Assembly (NCBI GenBank): GCA_049999805.1
Contig: JBNGIO010005921.1
Coordinates: 1 to 64,000 of the forward strand
Length of the DNA stretch: 64,000 nt
Direction: 5' to 3'
Source: Folioceros fuciformis
Lineage: Eukaryota
Below are positions 57,876-64,000 of this stretch, piece by piece. The notes beneath the pieces are model-generated. The model was given only the letters and a program-made list of their open reading frames with translations. It had not been told where the DNA came from and did no database searches. A program made the position numbers and the translations under genes. The stretch's first letter is position 1; each line of letters starts with the position of its first letter.

Positions 57876-58130
57876 ATTTTTCTTCAGTAGCCCATGCATG
57901 TTTATATAAGGGATAGTGATGCTTAAGTCAGGATTATGATGTAACAATCTCAAGAGGAGATGGATACATGGAGGAGAGAGTTTTTGCAATTGCTTGAAGT
58001 ATGAATTTTCTTACGGTAAATGCATGGATTCCTCCTCTTCGACAAAGAGATGATATCCTACTAGCATTTTGAACAAGGTTACTCTTGCAGACCATATATC
58101 ACATGACGAACTCTTGTATGCCAATCTTGT
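57876..58130 (-). pseudogene. Degenerate Ser/Thr protein kinase C-lobe fragment (CAMK/SnRK-like)
   Basis: One minus-strand frame reads YKSSSCDIWSARVTLFKMLVGYHLF...*...LSPPCIHLLLRLLHHNPDLSITIPYINMHGLLKKN, resembling subdomains IX-XI with an internal stop. Confidence 0.6.
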
Positions 58131-59339
58131 CGTGCGATGATCACATACAGCATACAACAACAGGTAGATGACCATCATGGTTCAATTCACATTTTTCAAC
58201 AACCTCACTATGCAAGCATGCACACTAGCTCCATCTTCCACGCATTGTTGCCCACTTGGAAGTCACAAAGTGAAAACATGACACTCCTACGTCAAGCAAC
58301 GATGCTCACTTGCACCTTGTTGATTTTTCGAAAGGGTTGCTTCCATCAAGCAACTATGAGTGAGGTAAGTCGCGCACACAACTCCACATACTGTTGCCTC
58401 TCCCCATCTCCAACATCCCAATAGGCAACACAATGAGATTTTTTTGACAAGAATAGGGTTCAAACAAAAGGTCAATGAATTTGGGAAGATCTATTGTCAT
58501 TCTCAGCAAATATTATCAAATTCACTTTCATGTCTTCTCCGGTACTGTTTGATCCCACAATTGCTGCTTGGTCAAGAGAGTTTCGTAGATCTTCAATGTT
58601 GTTCATAATGTTTTGTTGATCTTACAACAACAATGACTAAATCCTCTCCACTTGTGTGAGCATAGTCAATTGCTTTACACTACATTTATTAGAATTTCAT
58701 ATGATGTTTGTCTTATATTTGATGTAGTTGTGAAAGTTGTTGAGCTTGTTGGACATCAACAAGGAGGAGGCATGATTTGTCTCTTCTCGAAACAATGTGC
58801 GGTCTATCTCCTTTTTGGCCGATCAATTCTCGAACGTTCAATATGAATTGAATTTTTGTCTGTATTTTATCTTTTCCATAAAAGATATTCACCATGAGGG
58901 CCACCTTTCCTGTTAGTAAATCTATGAGGTATTACGCTATAAGGTTCATCTTCTCGATAACCAATAGATAGCATATTGTAGAAATCTAATTTTGTAATGC
59001 AGGCAACAAGACCTTGCTAGGCACAGAATCCAGGAGCCATCGAAGATAACGGCTACTAAGTCCAGAGCCTAGTTAAAGGTTTCACCATTAGTATTTTCAA
59101 CAAAAAATAGACTAATAGGATCAAAAAACTAAAATAAAAGCGTTGATATCATGTAAACTATTACAAGACAATCATCTATCATATATTGATAGGAGAGCCA
59201 AGAGGATGAAGACACTTGATACAAAAAGCTTGTAATTAAAGGTGATAATAAAAATAGAGTGTGTTTTGAATATATAGTAGAAACCTCTAATAACGAAAGC
59301 ATATGTATGCTTAAAAAAACTAGAACAATTTTCCTCCAG

Positions 59340-59365
59340 TTTAGGGTTTAGGGTTTAGGGTTTAG
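59340..59365 (+). repeat. Interstitial telomeric repeat (TTTAGGG)x3.7
   Basis: TTTAGGGTTTAGGGTTTAGGGTTTAG. Confidence 0.9.
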
Positions 59366-60100
59366 AGGAGGCACAATCAAAGTTGCTTTGGATGGTTCTT
59401 CCTCCAACTAAATACGCACAAATCATTTAAAAAGATTTCCATGAACTTGCAAAGAAAATCTTTAAAAATGGTGTTAACCATTGGAAGGTTGCAGGTGCAT
59501 TGCAAAGCCCAAAAGAAAGTTTGGCATAAGCAAAAGTTACCTAATCATTAGTAAATGTCGTCTTGCTTTGATCCTCCTCCTACACGGAAATTTGGTTGCA
59601 CCCGAAGTACCCATCCAGGAAGTTGTACATCTCGTGACCCGCCACCGTATTTAGTACGGAGTCTATGAAGGGTAACGGATGATGGTTCTTCTTGGTTGCC
59701 TCATTCAACTTCCAAAAATCTTGGCAAACCCAAACCTTCGCCTTCTATTTCTTTGGTATTACTACAATCGGATTCACCCTTCGCTACTCGATACTAATAA
59801 ATGGATTTGGCTTCAAGATGGTAGTCTAGTTGCTTCTTGACCACCATCGAATATTTTGGGTTTAGCCAGTATTGCTTGATCTGAACTAGAGTGGCTCCCT
59901 CCTTTAGGTCAATCCAATGATCCCATAAGGACTCCAGAATACCTATCATGTCTGTTACTTTGAATGCGAACACATTGATGAATTCCCTCAGCAATGCTCG
60001 AAACTCCTCCTTCTACTCTTAAGTTAGGTGCTTGCAAATCTTGACACAATTTCCATGTTCCAGTTCTAAGTCCTCCAACGCATCTAGATCAACGTAGGTG
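59366..60100 (-). mobile_element. Degenerate Ty3/gypsy reverse transcriptase fragment
   Basis: The minus strand reads HWIDLKEGATLVQIKQYWLNPKYS...KLNEATKKNHHPLPFIDSVLNTVAGHEMYNFLDGYFGCNQI...KTTF...FGLCNAPATFQ, with stops. Confidence 0.9.
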
Positions 60101-61270
60101 CCTTCATATTGGCTACCAACACTAGTTCCGGATCTGGGATCTACTTGGGTGCTATCCCTTCTTCGATTGACTGCGTCTCCTACGAAACGTGGAAACAGCT
60201 ATAGTGATTTCCAAAGGTCACATATGCTCCCAACTTTCGATATGCCTGATTTGAGGTGTTGCTTTCTCAAGGGGAATCAGTCTCGAAGGAGGACATATCC
60301 CGCAATGGAGCCTTGTTCCAAGAGACAAATGCGGTTCGACGTCGCAATCCTTCTGGGCCTATCTTGAAAGTCACTTCTCTTCACTCGAAAATAGAAAAAC
60401 GCAGGAGGTCGCATACAACCAAGGTAGGCCTAAGAGCCCCTTGTATCCCAGGTCCACCACTAGCTTCATGACCAAGTAGTCCAGCTTGAACTCAGGCCCC
60501 CCTAATTTTGGTGGCTATTTTGCATAAGAGGGTGGCTTTCATGCCTAGTAATAATTAGGCATGAAAGTTAGCATTTACACCAATGACAAGGGAGATCACC
60601 TGCGTGCGGCCATCATATTAAGAGGGACAAACTAGTGAGGAAGCTAGTGACCTTATAAGCTCTAGGAGCTCGTGACCTGAGATAGGCCTCAATCACGAGA
60701 GTTTGTGCGTGCCGAGAGGCTAACAATAAGGTAGGACATGACCCTAGTTGGGAGCTCGCGAATCCAGAGATGTGCAAGCAAGTGAAGTCCAGAAATGGGC
60801 TAGTGACATAAGGGCTTCAAGTGAGGATTAACTAACAATTTTTTTTTTTTCATCATCACAAGGCTTTAAAGCGAGGTAGGTGGGATTTATTGGGAGGGTG
60901 TGTAAGCAGCTAGATCCCCTTATGTGTGGGTAAGCAATTGATTTTCCTCGGGAACCAGGGTTCTCGCCATAGTATTAAAATAGTAGTTTAATTACATACT
61001 CTAACTCGAAGTCATTTTGTACGGGCAAGTATTAATCATAGTTTATTTTCAGTTTTAAGTTAAGACAATTTTTATATATATACTCTTATGTTGGTTTCTG
61101 GTTGTAACGTATGCAATTCTTTCTTATAGCTCATTTGTGTATGCACTAATGTCTTATGCCCGCTTAATAAGATCTAATCAATGACACAAAAACACTTTAT
61201 GCAACCTGAAAGAAAGAGATCTACCTTAGCGTCTCGTTTGGGTTCAATGCCTTAAGGTGATGGCGAAGCA

Positions 61271-61474
61271 GGGCAACAAGCTGCCCTCGTCCTCTCCCTA
61301 TAGCAAACTTACACATGGATGCGATGTAGGCGTAGAAGCCTGGCGAGGTTTCTTTCCTTTCCCATGACTAGAGGGCAACAAGCTGCCCTCCTCCTCTCCC
61401 TATAGCAAACTCATATGTAGACACAGAGTAGAGGTAGAAGTCCAACGCGGTTTCTTTCCTTTCCCACGACCAGA
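61271..61474. repeat. 102-bp direct repeat x2
   Basis: GGGCAACAAGCTGCCCTC.TCCTCTCCCTATAGCAAAC...GGTTTCTTTCCTTTCCCA.GAC.AGA starts at 61271 and 61373. Confidence 0.85.
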
Positions 61475-61484
61475 GGTGGTGTAG

Positions 61485-61918
61485 GCTTAGGCTGGATTGA
61501 CACATTATCAAGGTGGTAAGTCGGTTGCTCTGGCCGATCTTTCTATGCTTAGGCTAGATTGACACATTATCAAGGTGGTAAGTCGGTTGCTCTGGCCGAT
61601 TTTTCTATGCTTAGGTTGGATTGACATATTATCAAGGTAGTAAGTCAGTTGCTCTGGCCGATCTTTCTATGCTTAGGTTGGATTGACACATTATCAAGGT
61701 GGTAAGTCGGTTGCTCTAGCCAATCTTTCTATGCTTAAGCTAGATTGACACATTATCAAGGTGGTAAGTCGGTTGCTCTAGCCGATCTTTCTATGCTTAA
61801 GCTAGATTGACACATTATCAAGGTGGTAAGTCGGTTGCTCTGGCCGATCTTTCTATGCTTAGGCTGGATTGACACATTATCAAGATGGTAAGTCGGTTGC
61901 TCTGGCCGATCTTTTTAT
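61485..61918. repeat. 62-bp tandem repeat x7
   Basis: GCTTAGGCTGGATTGACACATTATCAAGGTGGTAAGTCGGTTGCTCTGGCCGATCTTTCTAT repeated head-to-tail in near-identical copies. Confidence 0.95.
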
Positions 61919-62100
61919 GACTGGCCGCACCGTTTCATATATAGAGTGGTGGAATGGTTTCACCATAGTAATGACATGGCTATTTACTTATATTATTTAG
62001 TGTAATGAGATGTAGGTATTATCATTATTAGGTAATTTGATAAGATACATTAAAAGTGTACCTTATCTCGTAGCTTCTTCCATAGCCTCACTCTGCCCCT

Positions 62101-62268
62101 GTTCCATCGCATTGCCACATTCCATTGTGCTTAATCGCATTGCCACATTCCCTTGTGCTCCATCGCATTGCCACATTCCCTTTTGCTCCATCGCATTGCC
62201 ACATTCCCTTGAGCTCCATTGCATTGCCCACATTCCTTTGTGCTCCATCGCATTGCCACATTCCCTTG
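62101..62268. repeat. 28-bp tandem repeat x6
   Basis: CTCCATCGCATTGCCACATTCCCTTGTG repeated. Confidence 0.9.
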
Positions 62269-62497
62269 GCTATACCTAGGTGTCGTGATTGCAATGGACC
62301 TTCATACATGCTTGCAAAGGCTAGGCATCCTTGTGTCTATAGCCATTGAAGTGGCTGACTCATCATCCTTGGCATTGGTGGTGGGTTTTTGGGACGTTGT
62401 TTAACAATTGCAACTTCAAGATAGTTGGGCTTCTCTGATTGCCAGAAGTATATGAACATATGCTAGAAGCTTGTCATTCTTTGACCAACAGCTCATG

Positions 62498-63201
62498 AGC
62501 TTAGTCATATAATGATGCAATGTTCAAGAGAAGAATGCGTATCTCAAAAGCTACATTTCACGCCATTTGTGCCAAGCTTAGTCATATAGTGATGCAATGT
62601 TCAAGAGAAGAATGCATATTTCAAAAGCCACATTCCACGCCATTTGTGCCAAGCTTAGTCATATAGTGATGCAATGTTCAATAGAAGAATGCGTATTTCA
62701 AAAGCCACATTCCACGCCATTTGTACCAAGCTTAGTCATATAGTGATGCAATGTTGAAGAGAAGTATGCGTATTTCAAAAGCCACATTCCACGGTCGTTT
62801 GTGCCAAGCTTAGTCATAGAGTGATGCAATGTTGAAGAGAAGTATGCGTATTTCAAAAGCCACATTCCACGCCGTTTGTGTCAAGCTTAGTCATATAGTG
62901 ATGCAATGTTCAAGAAAAGAATGCATATTTTAAAAGCTACATTCTACGGCCGTTTATGCCAAGCTTAGTCATATAGTGATGCAATGTTCAAGAGAAGAAT
63001 GCGTATTTCAAAAGCCATATTCTATGCCGTTTGTGCCAAGCTTAGTCATATAGTGATGCAATGTTTAAGAGAAGAATGCGTATTTCAAAAGCTACATTCT
63101 ACGCCTGTTTGTGCCAAGCTTAGTCATATAGTGATGCAATGTTCAAGAGAAGAATGTGTATTTCAAAAGCCACATTCCATGCCATTTGTGCCAAGCTTAG
63201 T
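62498..63201. repeat. 77-bp tandem array, ~9 copies, derived from transposase coding sequence
   Basis: AGCTTAGTCATATAGTGATGCAATGTTCAAGAGAAGAATGCGTATTTCAAAAGCCACATTCCACGCCATTTGTGCCA starts at 62498, 62575, 62652 and onward. Confidence 0.95.
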
Positions 63202-63294
63202 TCTATGTTCTTACTTAAGCTTGCAAGAGGTGACAGATTGCAGATAATTAGGGATCTCTTTGGATAGGGTTGATGTTGAATCTCTCTATGTGTT

Positions 63295-63583
63295 CACCAG
63301 TTTTGTGCAGCTTTGGTGCAAACCTTACATGATACCAATATTTCATGGCCATCACCAGTTTTGTGCAGCTTTGGTGCAAACCTTACATGATACCAATATT
63401 TCATGGCCATCACCAATTTTGTGGAGCTTTGGTGCAAACCTTACATGATACCAATATTTCATGGCCATCACCAATTTTGTGCAGCTTTGGTGCAAACCTT
63501 ACATGATACCAATATTTCATGGCATCACCAATTTTGTGTAGCTTTGGTGCAAACCTTATATGATACCAATATTTCATGGCCAT
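63295..63583. repeat. 58-bp tandem array x5, derived from transposase coding sequence
   Basis: CACCA.TTTTGTGCAGCTTTGGTGCAAACCTTACATGATACCAATATTTCATGGCCAT starts at 63295, 63353, 63411, 63469 and 63526. Confidence 0.95.
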
Positions 63584-63714
63584 CGACCGCTCATATGCAG
63601 AGGTATGCTAGCCAAGTTGAAGCCATTAGAGGCATTCCATATGTTGTAGGGGGCATGGATGGGAGCCACACACCGATCATAGGACCCCCTTTACTCTCAG
63701 TTGCTACAACTTAC

Positions 63715-63838
63715 GGTCTCTACCCATTTCTACGTAAAGGTTTACGGCTAGGCAGTAGCCTCAATGATTGGAACTAGGTCTCTACTTATTTCTACGCATG
63801 GATTTACGGTTGGGTAGGTAGCCTCAATGATTGGAACT
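63715..63838. repeat. ~62-bp direct repeat x2
   Basis: GGTCTCTAC..ATTTCTACG...TTTACGG...GTAGCCTCAATGATTGGAACT occurs twice. Confidence 0.7.
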
Positions 63839-64000
63839 TGTTAAGCGTACCACACTTAGGCACTTGGGCAGATGTGTGATCGTACCACACTTGGGCAGAT
63901 GTAGATGTGTCATCGTAGTAAGGTAGGACAACATACTTTGGTGGGTACTAGCCTCGTATTTACATGTTGAGGACATATAAAGACTGAAGAGATGGATTTT

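Larger units (their letters stand above)
62440..63690 (+). mobile_element. Degenerate PIF/Harbinger transposase remnant
   Basis: In order: YNDAMFKRRMRISKATFHAICAKL, LARGDRLQIIRDLFG*G...VHQFCAALVQTLHDTNISWPS and EAIRGIPYVVGGMDGSHTPIIGP. These match the Harbinger FRMS..TF, HTH and G.IDG.H.PI motifs. Confidence 0.8.

Noticed and set aside
61485-61918. 62-bp array with an internal palindrome (TCGGTT...GGCCGA), superficially CRISPR-like
   Set aside because: The units are near-identical over their whole length with no unique spacers, there are no cas genes, and the context is eukaryotic. It is a simple tandem repeat.

Overview
Eukaryotic nuclear DNA from a land plant with a compact genome. Genes are dense, GT-AG introns are mostly ~70-150 nt, and the telomere motif is TTTAGGG; a bryophyte such as a hornwort is my inference, not proven. 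I assembled the gene models by hand from splice signals and protein similarity. In order, the genes are: an uncharacterised, probably plastid-targeted membrane protein (+); CDKC (-); HDA2, a class IV histone deacetylase (+); a CYP85-clan cytochrome P450 (+); RPS20 (-) head-to-head with intronless SF3B3/SAP130 (+); glycyl-tRNA synthetase (-); an HVA22-like protein (+); a cytosolic-type phosphoglucose isomerase with an extra transit-peptide exon (-); AP-5 mu (-); an intronless DUF2045/KIAA0930-like gene (+); a PSK SIMULATOR (DUF668/DUF3475) gene (+); and two tandem intronless germin-like genes (+). Repeat-rich blocks occupy ~1-2 kb, ~7.6-15 kb and ~57-64 kb. They contain a degenerate Ty1/copia, an RLE/CRE-type non-LTR remnant (its 3' end recurs at ~52.3-52.7 kb), a CDKC pseudogene, a kinase pseudogene, a Ty3/gypsy RT remnant capped by telomeric repeats, and a PIF/Harbinger transposase whose coding sequence has spawned 77-bp and 58-bp tandem arrays. 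Most notable: the apparently plastid-retargeted PgiC, a duplicated alternative terminal exon in HVA22, a possible non-AUG mitochondrial presequence on GlyRS, hidden C-terminal exons of CDKC, and the transposase-derived satellites. I found no CRISPR array, tRNA or rRNA.
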